Shown: piece after piece, positions 40,265-56,198 of the stretch | Layout: each line of letters opens with the position of its first letter | Numbering within the stretch: the stretch's first letter is position 1 | DNA from: Terriglobia bacterium | GTDB taxonomy: Bacteria > Acidobacteriota > Terriglobia > JAJPHL01 > JAPKYU01 | DNA: 64,000 nt | Direction: 5' to 3' | NCBI GenBank assembly: GCA_965206645.1 | Contig: CBDBKE010000004.1 | Location: forward strand, 1,248,001 to 1,312,000 | Made by a program: the position numbers and the translations under genes | The notes under the pieces: generated by a model | Told to the model about the DNA's origin: nothing | Seen by the model: the letters and a program-made list of their open reading frames with translations, nothing else | The model's database searches: none

Positions 40265-40530
40265 TGTGCCACATCCCGCAGCACCTGCTTCTCCAGAGAA
40301 AGCTCCGCTACCAACCGCTTCAGCCGCGTGTTTTCCTTCTCCAACTCCTTTAGCCGTTTTGCCTGCACCACCTTCAGCCCGCCGTATTCCTTCCGCCACC
40401 GGTAGTAGGTTTGGGTGTGGATTCCAGCTTCTTTGCAGGCTTGGGGCGCAGTCTTCCCGTTCCCCATCTGCACTTCTATCTGCCGTAGCACCGCTACAAT
40501 CTGCTCCGGCTTGTAACTCCTTGTCGGCAT
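40252..40530 (-). CDS. IS3 OrfA (HTH plus leucine zipper)
   Basis: EQIV..LR, TYYRWRKEYGG, LKELEKEN.RLKRLVA. Confidence 0.92.
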   Translation of the reverse strand: MPTRSYKPEQIVAVLRQIEVQMGNGKTAPQACKEAGIHTQTYYRWRKEYGGLKVVQAKRLKELEKENTRLKRLVAELSLEKQVLRDVAQGNF

Positions 40531-40597
40531 GACCTCACTTCCTCCTCAAGTGGATTCTCTCTCTTTCCACTTGGTACAAAAAGTGCCGGTCAGGTCA

Positions 40598-41066
40598 AGG
40601 TCCGGCTGTGGCTCACCATCATTGCCTATAATCTCGGCAACCTGTGGCGGCGACTGGTGCTGCCACAGAGAATCGGGAACTGGTCCCTGACGAGCTTGCA
40701 ACAGCGGTTGGTGAAAACGGGAGGACGGCTGGTGAAACATGCGCGATATTACTGGCTTTTGCTGGCCGAAGGGCACTTGAGCCGGAGGCTGTTCAGCAGC
40801 ATGCTGCGAACGATCTCGGCACTGCCGCTGCCAGACGGCTAGCGAACCGGGAGAGAGGGTAATTTTAGGTGCTCAGAAGTGGTCGGGCCGGATAAGTGTC
40901 AGCGGCGCGGCAGGCTGGGCAGGCGAAACCCGCACAGCGACTCCGAAGAACAGCCAAAATGTGCCGCACTACCACCTCAAAGAGGCCAGAGCTGTTTGCG
41001 GTTGACACGACAGGGTACGAGGCATAGCTTTTCGGGTGAAGAGGAAGCTCAAAATGGAAATTCCGG
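40598..41066 (+). mobile_element. IS1380 3' remnant (copy 3, opposite orientation)
   Basis: Reverse complement of 29615..30083 with a few substitutions; ends at IR GGAAATTCCGG (41066). Confidence 0.92.
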
Positions 41067-41352
41067 TCAAGAGGAAGGAGCTGCGGCGGCCTCGGGAATC
41101 CGCCCAGACCCCGGTGGGAATCTCAAAGATGACCATGCTGGCTGTGTACACGCCATTGGCGATGAATACCTCGAAAATGTCGAGCTCGGCGCCGAGCAGC
41201 AGCAGTGTGTTGATGCCCCAGATGAGCGAGGCCGACAACGTGTATAGTCCCGTAATGACGAGATAGCTGCGAATCACGCTTGTGGGAGTCTGACCATTCT
41301 TGCTGTCATCCCTCCGCGGGTGACTCGTTTGTATCCGCTCCTGCTCGCTCAT
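41067..41352 (-). pseudogene. N-terminal fragment of an MFS transporter truncated by IS1380
   Basis: FEIPTG.WAD..GRR MFS motif A, then the reading frame enters the IS end. Confidence 0.8.
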
Positions 41353-41624
41353 TGCATTTCAATTCCGGCGAATCTGGTGGGATGTCTATGGAACTCCAAT
41401 GCGCGATTGGGATGCTCCCTGGTCTCGGCGAGCATCTTAGGACGTACTCGTAGGCCAGTCAACGAGGCATGAACTAAAACGCATCTCTTGATGCAGAAGA
41501 TCGAGGCGAAAGCTCGAAACCGTTCTGTTAATCCAATGTGCACAGGGCGCCCTCTCGGCAGATTTCACCCCCGCCTCGACCAGCGGACGCCCAGGCGGCA
41601 AGGCTTCGATGCTACTATAGGCCC

Positions 41625-41900
41625 ATGACCCCGATGGAAATCCTTTTGTTACTGGTCATCGCCGGTATCTGTGGAGCAATTGGCGAAGCCATCGCTGGGT
41701 TCAGCCACCTGGGCTGTCTGAGCTCGGTGGCGTTGGGCTTCATCGGCGCCCTGCTGGGCAGCTGGCTGACTCGCACCCTGGAGCTTCCAGAGATCTTTTC
41801 TCTCAAGATCGGTGAGATACGGTATCCCATTGTGTGGTCCATCGTCGGCGCCTCGTTATTTATTGCGGGCATCGGGCTATTCCGGCGGGGCCGCGATTAG
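41625..41900 (+). CDS. GlsB/YeaQ/YmgE (transglycosylase-associated) membrane protein
   Basis: IAGICG, GFIGALLG, SIVGA pattern; 3 TM segments. Confidence 0.8.
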   Translation: MTPMEILLLLVIAGICGAIGEAIAGFSHLGCLSSVALGFIGALLGSWLTRTLELPEIFSLKIGEIRYPIVWSIVGASLFIAGIGLFRRGRD

Positions 41901-41912
41901 AGGGAGTTGGGC

Positions 41913-43661
41913 ATGCGCAACTGGTTTCTAGGTTTGCTGTGCGGATTGGCGCTGGCGTTCCTGGTCTTGGTCGGGGCTGCGTTCTTGGCCACGATATTCT
42001 CTACCCTGCCGCCCAGCGTCGAGGAACCCACCACTTTGGTGCTGGACCTCGAAGGCAGGATCATCGAGCAAAACGCCACGGATCTGGCCGCCCGGCTGAC
42101 GCAGGGCAAGTTGAAGCCGACCTTGCGCGAGTTGCTGGAGAACATAGAGAAAGCGGCCGCCGACTCGCGGGTCACCGGGATGGTGGTCCGCCTGCGCTCT
42201 CCGCAACTGGGTTGGGCCAAGGCGGAAGAGCTCCACACCGCGCTCGGCCGCTTCCGCAAAGCGGGAAAGAAGCTTTACTGCCACCTGATCCACGCTGGGC
42301 TGCGCGAATACTATCTGACGACCGCCTGCGAAGGAATCTACATCCAGCCGGTCGGCTTGCTGGACATCAAAGGGATCCGCGCCGAGGCCACGTTCTGGAA
42401 AGGCACGCTGGACAAAATCGGCGCGCAGGCCGAGTTGGTGCACACCGGAGAATACAAGACCTTTTCCAACGCCTACACCGAGACGCGAATGACCGAAGCG
42501 CACCGCGACATGCTCAACTGGCTGGTGGACGGGCTCTACGGCCAGATGGTGCAGGCGGTCGCCGAAGCCCGTCAGAAGAGCCTGGAAGAAGCCCGCGCCG
42601 CCATCGAAGGCGGACCCTACGAACCGCAGGAGGCGAAGGAGGCCGGTCTGGTAGACCAGCTTTTGTACGAAGACCAGGTCTACGACCTGCTAAAAAACCA
42701 GGATCCCGAGAAGCGCTTTCACAAAATGTCAGCCCGAAGCTACCTGCAGGTTCCGCCGGAAGATGTGGGGCTGGCGGCCGAAGCCAAAATCGGCCTCGTC
42801 TACGGGGTGGGCACCATCCTGGCAGGCGAGGACAACCTGGATCCGCTGGGAGGTGGCCGCAGCATGGGCTCCGAAACTATGGCGCGCGTGTTGCGCCAGG
42901 CCGGCGAGGATGATTCCCTGAAGGCGGTGGTCTTTCGCGTGGACTCGCCTGGTGGCAGCGCCCTGGCATCCGACACCATCTGGCGCGCGCTGATGAATCT
43001 GCGCAAGAAGAAGCCGGTTGTCTTCTCGCTGTCCGACGTGGCCGCCTCCGGCGGCTACTACATCGCATCCACTGGGGACGCCATCGTGGCCGATCGCGCC
43101 ACCATTACGGCCTCTATCGGAGTGGTCTACGGCAAAGTCAACCTCCGCGGCTTGTACGACAAGCTCGGCATCACCAAGGACATGGTGAGCCGCGGACCCT
43201 ACGCGCGATTGGACAGTGAATACAGCTCCTACACCCCCGAGGAACGGCGGCGCATCGAGAAACTGGCCGAGGACATGTACCAGGAGTTTCTGCGTAAGGT
43301 ATCCGCGGCAAGAAAGATAAAGTTGGAGGACATGGATGCAGTCGCACGGGGGCGCGTGTTCACCGGTGAGCAGGCCAAGGAGAAGGGGTTGGTAGATGAA
43401 CTGGGGGGGTTGGAGCGGGCTGTGGAGCTGGCCAAGGAGAAAGCTGGCATCGCCCCCAGCGAGCGCGTCGAGCTGGTGCCGTTACCTCCTCCCCGCTCCC
43501 TGTTTGAAATCCTGCTGGAGCGCAGTCAGGCGACCCGGGTGCTCTTGTTTGGGTTCGAAGTGCCCCCGCAACCGGAATCGCTACGTGCCCTGCTGGCTCT
43601 GCGTCTCTTCCGTAGCGACCGCCCTCTGGCCTTGATGCCATTCCACCTGGAGTTCCGGTGA
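41913..43661 (+). CDS. sppA: Signal peptide peptidase SppA (67K type)
   Basis: Tandem S49 domains; GEYK, RVDSPGGS, AASGGY, GRVFTG. Confidence 0.93.
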   Translation: MRNWFLGLLCGLALAFLVLVGAAFLATIFSTLPPSVEEPTTLVLDLEGRIIEQNATDLAARLTQGKLKPTLRELLENIEKAAADSRVTGMVVRLRSPQLGWAKAEELHTALGRFRKAGKKLYCHLIHAGLREYYLTTACEGIYIQPVGLLDIKGIRAEATFWKGTLDKIGAQAELVHTGEYKTFSNAYTETRMTEAHRDMLNWLVDGLYGQMVQAVAEARQKSLEEARAAIEGGPYEPQEAKEAGLVDQLLYEDQVYDLLKNQDPEKRFHKMSARSYLQVPPEDVGLAAEAKIGLVYGVGTILAGEDNLDPLGGGRSMGSETMARVLRQAGEDDSLKAVVFRVDSPGGSALASDTIWRALMNLRKKKPVVFSLSDVAASGGYYIASTGDAIVADRATITASIGVVYGKVNLRGLYDKLGITKDMVSRGPYARLDSEYSSYTPEERRRIEKLAEDMYQEFLRKVSAARKIKLEDMDAVARGRVFTGEQAKEKGLVDELGGLERAVELAKEKAGIAPSERVELVPLPPPRSLFEILLERSQATRVLLFGFEVPPQPESLRALLALRLFRSDRPLALMPFHLEFR

Positions 43662-43846
43662 ACCCCGTCCACGGCACCGCGGCGAGAATGGGGCGCTCAC
43701 TTCCCTGATTATCTACTAATCTGCTTTAGATGCTGCGGGTTGCAAGAATCATATAAAGCAATGCTAGAGGTCCGAAACCGCTACTCCCGGGAACTGATCC
43801 AGACTCTGCCCGAGCCCCAGCGCAACATCCTCGTCTTGAACTTGCG

Positions 43847-45106
43847 ATGAACCGATTGCGAATTTCCAGTTGCCGATTTCGGATTGCAACCTGCCTGCTG
43901 CTTGGGCCGGTTCTGCTTGGGCCGGTTGCGCTAGTGGCGCTGTGCAGCCCGGCCCCGTCACCCGCTACCCTCAACTCCTCGGTCGCCGGGCAAGCCACTC
44001 CCGCCGCTTCTTCCCCGGACAAGCGCACGGCTGCCCTTGAAGCGCTGGAGCAGGTTGACGCGCTGCTCCAGCAAGCTGGCCAGATCACCGGGCTGTCCGT
44101 ACAGCATCCGGTCAAGAGCGGGATCGTCACCAAGGAGCAAGTCCAGAGCTACATCCAGCAACACTTGAAGGAAGACTCCACGTCTCAGCAGCTGCACGCT
44201 CAGGAAGTCGCCCTGAAACAGTTCGGGCTGCTGCCGGCTGACTTTGAATTGAAGACGTTCCTTGTAAAGCTGCTCACCGAACAGGCCACGGCCTACTACG
44301 ACCACCAACGGAAGCAGTTCTACATCGCCGACTGGACCCCGATGCCCGTGCTGCGCCCGGCCATGATCCATGAGCTGACGCACGCGCTGCAGGACCAGCA
44401 GGTGGGCCTGGAGCACTTCCTGCGGCAAGACGGGTTGAACCAGGACGAGCAAATGGCGCGCGTAGCCGTGGTCGAGGGCAGCGGCATGCTGGCCATGACC
44501 GAATACCTGCTGTCGCGCCGCGACCCGGAAGAGCTGAAGGCGATGGTCGCATCCTTGGACCTGAAGCAGTTCGCCGTATTCCAGGAAGCCCCCTCATACC
44601 TGCGCGAAAGCCTGCTGTTCCCCTATACCGCCGGAGCGCAGTATATCCGCTGGCTGGTGGAGAAGAAGGGCAAGGCAGCCTACACGGCAGCGCTTGACAA
44701 CCCGCCGCGCTCAACCGCCGAGGTGCTGCACCCGGGACGCACAGTGCCACCTGCAGAGGATCTGGAACCTCCGGACGACCTCCCGCTGCCGGCCGGCTAC
44801 AAGCTGCTTGACAGCAACGTGCTTGGAGAGCTAGAAGTGCGGGTCTTGCTGAAGCAGTACATAGATGAGGAAACAGCTCATCGGCTCGCCCCTACCTGGC
44901 GCGGATTCCGCTACGCTGTCTACGAAAACCAGACGCGCTCAGACGCCTTTCTTGTACACCGCTCCAGCTGGCGCGACGCCGCGGCTGCCGCCGCCTTCGC
45001 CGATGCCTACCGCAAGGTTCTCGCCGCCAAGGGCGAGAACAACGCCACCGTACAGCTCGAAGGAAACACTCTCACAATCCACGAAGGGCTTGCTGTCGCA
45101 CACTAG
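43847..45106 (+). CDS. Exported putative zinc metallopeptidase
   Basis: AYYD, HELTHALQDQ (HExxH), EG, FPY..G, PPRST. Confidence 0.75.
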   Translation: MNRLRISSCRFRIATCLLLGPVLLGPVALVALCSPAPSPATLNSSVAGQATPAASSPDKRTAALEALEQVDALLQQAGQITGLSVQHPVKSGIVTKEQVQSYIQQHLKEDSTSQQLHAQEVALKQFGLLPADFELKTFLVKLLTEQATAYYDHQRKQFYIADWTPMPVLRPAMIHELTHALQDQQVGLEHFLRQDGLNQDEQMARVAVVEGSGMLAMTEYLLSRRDPEELKAMVASLDLKQFAVFQEAPSYLRESLLFPYTAGAQYIRWLVEKKGKAAYTAALDNPPRSTAEVLHPGRTVPPAEDLEPPDDLPLPAGYKLLDSNVLGELEVRVLLKQYIDEETAHRLAPTWRGFRYAVYENQTRSDAFLVHRSSWRDAAAAAAFADAYRKVLAAKGENNATVQLEGNTLTIHEGLAVAH

Positions 45107-45148
45107 GGCCATACTTTGCGCCAGGCATGCCGCCCACACGTGGCGGCG

Positions 45149-46411
45149 TTACAGACGCACTGGGAGCTGTGAAGAGGAAACCAGCTTGCGCTGGAGGCGC
45201 TCAAGGCGGTGGTGCCAAGGTGCGGTGTCGGAAGATGCGGCCAGACCGGCGCGGGCCGCGCCCAAGGCGCGGGGGTAGTCGCGGGCGCGGTGCTCGTAGT
45301 ATTTGGCAAGTTCCTCGATGGCCTGCAGACGCTCACCATTGCGTATGGCTGCCAGCTCGGTCCACAAGGGCAGGGCGTGCTGGTAGTCGCGGGCGCGTTT
45401 GTAGAGCGCTGCCAGCTCGGCTTTGGCGCGCCACTGGACCGTGTCGGGCAATCGGCCGGCCAGGGCACGTTGGCCCAGGAGACGTTGGTAAAGCTGCGCG
45501 GCCAGTTGGCGACGACCCACCTTAGCAATCCAGGCGGCTAGGCTGTAGAGGTCCAGCGGGTGGGCAAGCGGAGCCGCTTCAGGCCGGCCCACCGCCGCCA
45601 GGACCAGCGCCGTCAGGCAGGCCAGAGTCAGGATGTCCATCTGGTTGTGGTGAAAAATGGGCACCAGCTTGAGGGCGTCGTGGGTGCGCAGGTAGTCGAA
45701 GTAGTAGTAGGGGATCAGCTCCCCCGGCAGGTCACCCTCCCGGTAAAAACCTAGCACTTCTGCTTCGATTTCGGTCAGGCGGCAGGAGGCCAGCCGCAGG
45801 CGAAACAGCCGACGCGCCGAGTGCAGCACGTCCAGGTGCGCCAGGCGCTGATGCGCCGGGCGGCGGCGCGCCATGCGGAAGCGCGTTTCGAGCAGCGGCC
45901 CATCAAACGATTTACCGTTGTAGGTGACCAGCACGTCGAAGCGCGACAGGTGATCGGCGAGCGCATCCAGCATGGCCGGCTCTTCCGAGTAATCGCGCAT
46001 GAAGAACTGGCGGACGCAGAAATCGCGCCCCTCCAGCGCCCCCACGCCGACCAGAAAGCAGTAGGTGCCGGTGCCGCCAGCCAGTCCCGTGGTTTCCGTA
46101 TCCAGGAAAGCCCAGCGCGACGGGGGTGCGGTCACACCCAGCGGTGCGCCGTCCATCCCGGCGAGTGTGGAGATGTCCGCATTGCCGTGCCGCCGGTGAA
46201 AACCATAGGTGCGCGAGGAGAGAAAACAGGCGCCCGAGGGCGATTCCAGGATTTCCCCGTCCAGCACGTCCTCGACGCCCTGCGGGGAAAGCGTCGCCGA
46301 GCGCGCCGACCAACGGCTCTGCTCTTCCGCGGCGGCCGCAGGCGGGCCATACCGCCACTTGCGGTCAATGCGGGTGATCTTGCGCCGCAGCCTGTCCAGC
46401 TCCGTCTGCAT
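45149..46411 (-). CDS. YprB/MrfB-like DEDD exonuclease (RNase_H_2) with TPR tail
   Basis: FLDTETTGL, TYNGKSFD, HLD.LH, HNQMD, ELAKYYEHR. Confidence 0.9.
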   Translation of the reverse strand: MQTELDRLRRKITRIDRKWRYGPPAAAAEEQSRWSARSATLSPQGVEDVLDGEILESPSGACFLSSRTYGFHRRHGNADISTLAGMDGAPLGVTAPPSRWAFLDTETTGLAGGTGTYCFLVGVGALEGRDFCVRQFFMRDYSEEPAMLDALADHLSRFDVLVTYNGKSFDGPLLETRFRMARRRPAHQRLAHLDVLHSARRLFRLRLASCRLTEIEAEVLGFYREGDLPGELIPYYYFDYLRTHDALKLVPIFHHNQMDILTLACLTALVLAAVGRPEAAPLAHPLDLYSLAAWIAKVGRRQLAAQLYQRLLGQRALAGRLPDTVQWRAKAELAALYKRARDYQHALPLWTELAAIRNGERLQAIEELAKYYEHRARDYPRALGAARAGLAASSDTAPWHHRLERLQRKLVSSSQLPVRL

Positions 46412-46453
46412 TGCCGTTCCTAGGGTGTGCCTGCGCGCCCGCCGGGCCGGACA

Positions 46454-48868
<2,415 letters not shown>

Positions 48869-49017
48869 TTCGCCTTTACTTCGCCAGTCTCCTTTGTAAC
48901 ATGAGCCTAACCGAAAGGCAAGTCCGAGGAAAATTCAAGGCGTGCTCTAAACGGACCCCGGCCGTGGTTTCACGACCGAGCCTTCTGGGGGAAAATCATC
49001 CACAGGCTGGGAGAAAA

Positions 49018-49575
49018 TCAGCCAGGCCGGGTGGTAAGCAGGCGGCGGAGGCGGTGGCGACTCATCAAAAGGGCGGCCAGACTCATGCCGTCCCGGAAGC
49101 GGTTGGTGGCGATCAGCTGCTCCAGTCGCCGCCAGCTAACCTCGCGAACCCGTATATGCTCCGTGTGTTCTAGTTGTTGCGCCTCGCGGCGCAAGCCGGT
49201 GGCCAGGAAGACGTGGCAGAATTCGCTGCTCACCCCGCTGTAGACGACAAACTTGCCGATCTTTTCCAGCCGCCGCGCCACGTAGCCCGTCTCTTCCTTC
49301 AGCTCCTTGCGGGCTGCGGCCCCCAGTGGCAGCCCGTCGGTGCCGCCTCCTGGCAGTTCGTAATTCCAGCCGTGTGTCGGGTAGCGATACTCCCGGATGA
49401 TGATGATGCGGCCCTCCCGGGTCACCGGCACGATCAGTACCGAGGGGTCGGCCTCCACGACCACGTGCTGGAACTCGTGCCCGGCAGGAGAACGCACCCG
49501 GTGATTCTCCAAACACAGCCAGGGACTGGAAAAAATCCGTTTGACCTCAAGGCACTTCCACTGCCGCTTGGCCAT
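49018..49575 (-). CDS. Nudix hydrolase (ADP-ribose pyrophosphatase-like)
   Basis: ELPGG...AARKELKEETG Nudix box. Confidence 0.9.
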   Translation of the reverse strand: MAKRQWKCLEVKRIFSSPWLCLENHRVRSPAGHEFQHVVVEADPSVLIVPVTREGRIIIIREYRYPTHGWNYELPGGGTDGLPLGAAARKELKEETGYVARRLEKIGKFVVYSGVSSEFCHVFLATGLRREAQQLEHTEHIRVREVSWRRLEQLIATNRFRDGMSLAALLMSRHRLRRLLTTRPG

Positions 49576-49833
49576 GCTAGCTCCTCAATTCAGGGTCTAA
49601 AGTCCCAACTCCTAGCGGGACGCTGAAAAAGAAATCCTGCCCACAGGCAGACCAGGCCCTACCAGTCTCTCCAAACATGGACCCCTAGAAGACATTGTGC
49701 CGCAAGTAGTACCTGGAAGACACGCGACCGGGCTTGCGCACCGTGCTCAGGACCTCGCTGTGGTATAGTTTCATCGAAATGGCCGGCCTGATGGCGACAA
49801 GCGACCGCTTGCTGCCAACGAGGAGTCCAATGC

Positions 49834-50364
49834 ATGTGGAAAACGCGTAAAGAAGAAGCCACAACCAACGTGGCAAAGGAGGTGAGTCCTGTGGCTACAC
49901 CCAGTGAACGGAGACCTTTCGAGCCAGAGCGGGAAGGATCGGCCCGCAGTGGAATGGCCTACATCGGCAAAACCGTCGTCGTAAAAGGGGAGCTGTCGGG
50001 AAGGGAGGACCTGTACCTTGATGGAGAAGTCGAAGGCACGGTGGAACTGCCAGACCACAACCTGACCGTCGGACCCAACGGCCGGGTCAAGGCCAACCTG
50101 CACGCCAAGGACATTACCATCATCGGCAAAGTGCAGGGGAACGTGCGCGCCATCGACAAGGTCGAGATCCGAAAGTCCGGATCGTTGATCGGCGATATCA
50201 TCACAGCCCGGCCCATCATCGAGGAGGGCGCCTACGTCAAGGGAAGCATTGAAACCCAGCGGGCCGAAGTGGCCCGGGCGGAGGCCAGGAAAGCGGAGAC
50301 GGCCGCCGCCGCTACCGCGCCATCGTCCTATGCCGGTCTCAGCACGGAAAAGAAGCTTCCTTGA
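49834..50364 (+). CDS. Bactofilin (polymer-forming cytoskeletal protein)
   Basis: IGKTVVVKGEL..EDL.LDG.VEG beta-helix repeats, IEEGA..KG. Confidence 0.92.
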   Translation: MWKTRKEEATTNVAKEVSPVATPSERRPFEPEREGSARSGMAYIGKTVVVKGELSGREDLYLDGEVEGTVELPDHNLTVGPNGRVKANLHAKDITIIGKVQGNVRAIDKVEIRKSGSLIGDIITARPIIEEGAYVKGSIETQRAEVARAEARKAETAAAATAPSSYAGLSTEKKLP

Positions 50365-50424
50365 TCCTTCCGATCGGCCACAACCGGACGCCACCGGCCC
50401 GGACGGCCCCGCAAGACCGAGCAT

Positions 50425-51102
50425 GTGCCCTATGGGAAAGCAGTGACCCAGCTTACCGAAAACCTGAAGAAGCTGTTCAAGCCGGGCGAAGTGCAGCACC
50501 CATGGTCTCCTCCTACCCCACCGCCTCAGCTGCGCCACAGCAGCGGGGTGCGCGAATTCTGCAGCGAACTGAAAGGGCAGCGAGGCTTGCGGGTGCTCGA
50601 TGTGGGCGCGGCTTGCCAAGCCAACGTCAGTTTCTTCACTGGACTGGGCCACAAGATTTACACCGAAGACATTTACCCGGCGCTGGCCAGCAATGCCTAC
50701 CGCGTGCGCGGGGAGAAAGGCCGTTGGCGTTTCGACCCTCAGGCCTTTCTGGACAAGAACTTAAACTATCAGATGCTGCTGTTTGACGCCGTGCTGTGCT
50801 GGGACCTGCTGGACCGGGTGGAGGAAAGCGCAGTGCGGCCTCTGGTCGATCGCCTGCATTGGGTTCTGAAACCAGGCGGCGTGCTGCTCAGCTTCTTCCA
50901 CACCGCAGAGCCGGGCGCCACTGTCCCTAGCTACCGCTACCTGATCCAGGGGGCAGAGACACTCGAGTTGCTGCCCCGCGGCCAGACCCCGCTGCGCCGC
51001 CCTCTGAACAACCGCAACATTGAAAAACTGTTCCGGACGTTCCACTCCATCAAGTTTTTCCTGGCGCGCGACAATCTGCGCGAAGTCCTGGTTATTCGCT
51101 AA
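50425..51102 (+). CDS. Class I SAM-methyltransferase-like protein
   Basis: VLDVG, FDAVLCWD, LKPGG. Confidence 0.75.
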   Translation: MPYGKAVTQLTENLKKLFKPGEVQHPWSPPTPPPQLRHSSGVREFCSELKGQRGLRVLDVGAACQANVSFFTGLGHKIYTEDIYPALASNAYRVRGEKGRWRFDPQAFLDKNLNYQMLLFDAVLCWDLLDRVEESAVRPLVDRLHWVLKPGGVLLSFFHTAEPGATVPSYRYLIQGAETLELLPRGQTPLRRPLNNRNIEKLFRTFHSIKFFLARDNLREVLVIR

Positions 51103-51248
51103 AACCTGAGCACGGACACCCCGGCTACGCGAGTCGGCACTGGCTTGCAGCCAGCACGGAAAAGGCTTACTCTTCCAACCAGCAGAACATTCGCCCCGGG
51201 GGCCGAAGGGGTGCCGGGAGATCACAGAACTCATCAAGGGGAACAGGC

Positions 51249-54809
<3,561 letters not shown>

Positions 54810-54835
54810 AGCCCGGAGCAGCAGGAACGCCGCCC

Positions 54836-54898
54836 GTAGTTGTGTGACCACATCCGGTAGTTGTGTGACCACCTCTCGTGGTTTTGTAACCAGATGAT
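54836..54898 (+). repeat. Three 21-bp imperfect tandem repeats (GTAGTTGTGTGACCAC core)
   Basis: Units start at 54836, 54857, 54878; the third overlaps the moeA start. Confidence 0.85.
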
Positions 54899-56159
54899 GC
54901 TGCGGTTCTCCGAAGCACGGCAAACAGTCCTGGACACAGTCCTGGACAAGGTGCGCGCCGAAAGGAGCAGAGCTGCGCAGGAAACCGTGGAGCTCTCGGC
55001 CGCAGCTGGCAGAGTTCTCGCTGAGCAGGTGATCGCCGACCGGGATTATCCGCCGTTTGACCGCGCCACCCGGGATGGGTACGCCGTGCACGCGGCCGAC
55101 GTGGCCGCGCCGCCGGCGGAGCTGAAGCTGACGGGCGAGGTGCGCGCCGGCTGCGCCTTGAACGGCACCGTTAACCCCGGTGAGTGCGTCTCCATCATGA
55201 CCGGGGCGCCGGTACCGGCCGGCGCCGACGCAGTGGTGATGCTCGAGTACACCGAGCAGCTTGGCGAGCAGGAGCCGGCTGCCGCTCGCATCCAGATCCA
55301 GCGCAGCGTGCAAGTCGGCGAGAACCTGGTGCCACGCGGCTCGGAGGCGTCCGCGGGCGCTATAGTGCTGCCCGCCGGCCGGCGGGTGGGCTATGCCGAA
55401 ATCGCCATGCTTGCCAGTGTCGGCTGCATCCGCGTCCCGGTGTCCCGCCGGCCCCAGGTGGCCATTCTCCCCACCGGGGACGAAGTGGTGGAATTGGACC
55501 GCCAGCCGCTTCCCTTCCAGATTCGCAACAGCAACAGCTACTCGTTGCGGGTGCAGGTTGCCGCCGCCGGCGGCCACCCGTGCCCGCTGCCCATCGCGCC
55601 CGATGAATACGGACGGCTGCGCCAGTTGATCGAACAGGGGCTTGCGGCCGACCTGTTATTGCTCTCCGGGGGCGTCTCGGTGGGCAAGTATGACCTAGTG
55701 GAGCAGGTACTGCGTGATCTGGGAGCCGAGTTCTACTTCGATGCTGTTGCCATGAAACCGGGACGCCCACTGGTGTTTGGCCGGGCGGGAGGGGCATTTT
55801 TCTTCGGCCTGCCCGGAAACCCGCTTTCCACGATGGTGACCTTCGAGCTGTTCGCGCGACCGGCGCTCGATGTACTGTGCGGGGCCAAGCCGCCTCCACT
55901 GGTGTATCTGCGCGCTCGCCTCGAGCAACCGGTGCGACAGAAGCCCGGCCTGACAAGCTTCTTGCCCGCGGTCCTGAGCCAGGCCGGAGCCCCGGAGGAG
56001 GCGCGCAATGATTTCCTCCCGGCGGTGCGGGTCGTGCCCTGGCAGGGCTCGGGCGACATTGCTGCGCTGGCTCGCGCCAACTGTTATCTGGTGGTTCCGG
56101 AAGACCGCGGACAGCTAGCCGAAGGGGAGCTGGTTGGGGTGCTGCCCCGATCCCAGTAG
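54894..56159 (+). CDS. moeA: Molybdopterin molybdotransferase
   Basis: GRVLA, DGYAV, IMTGAPVP, TGDE, SGGVSVG, KPGRP, GLPGNP. Confidence 0.95.
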   Translation: MMLRFSEARQTVLDTVLDKVRAERSRAAQETVELSAAAGRVLAEQVIADRDYPPFDRATRDGYAVHAADVAAPPAELKLTGEVRAGCALNGTVNPGECVSIMTGAPVPAGADAVVMLEYTEQLGEQEPAAARIQIQRSVQVGENLVPRGSEASAGAIVLPAGRRVGYAEIAMLASVGCIRVPVSRRPQVAILPTGDEVVELDRQPLPFQIRNSNSYSLRVQVAAAGGHPCPLPIAPDEYGRLRQLIEQGLAADLLLLSGGVSVGKYDLVEQVLRDLGAEFYFDAVAMKPGRPLVFGRAGGAFFFGLPGNPLSTMVTFELFARPALDVLCGAKPPPLVYLRARLEQPVRQKPGLTSFLPAVLSQAGAPEEARNDFLPAVRVVPWQGSGDIAALARANCYLVVPEDRGQLAEGELVGVLPRSQ

Positions 56160-56198
56160 GCAGCCGGCCGTCGCAAGACAGAAGCCGCAAAGCAGAAC

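Larger units (their letters stand above)
39348..40597 (-). mobile_element. IS3-family (IS407-group-like) element, 1250 bp
   Basis: TG..CA ends with IRs TGACCAGACCGATTTTTTGTACCAA / TGACCTGACCGGCACTTTTTGTACCAA; orfA/orfB layout. Confidence 0.93.
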
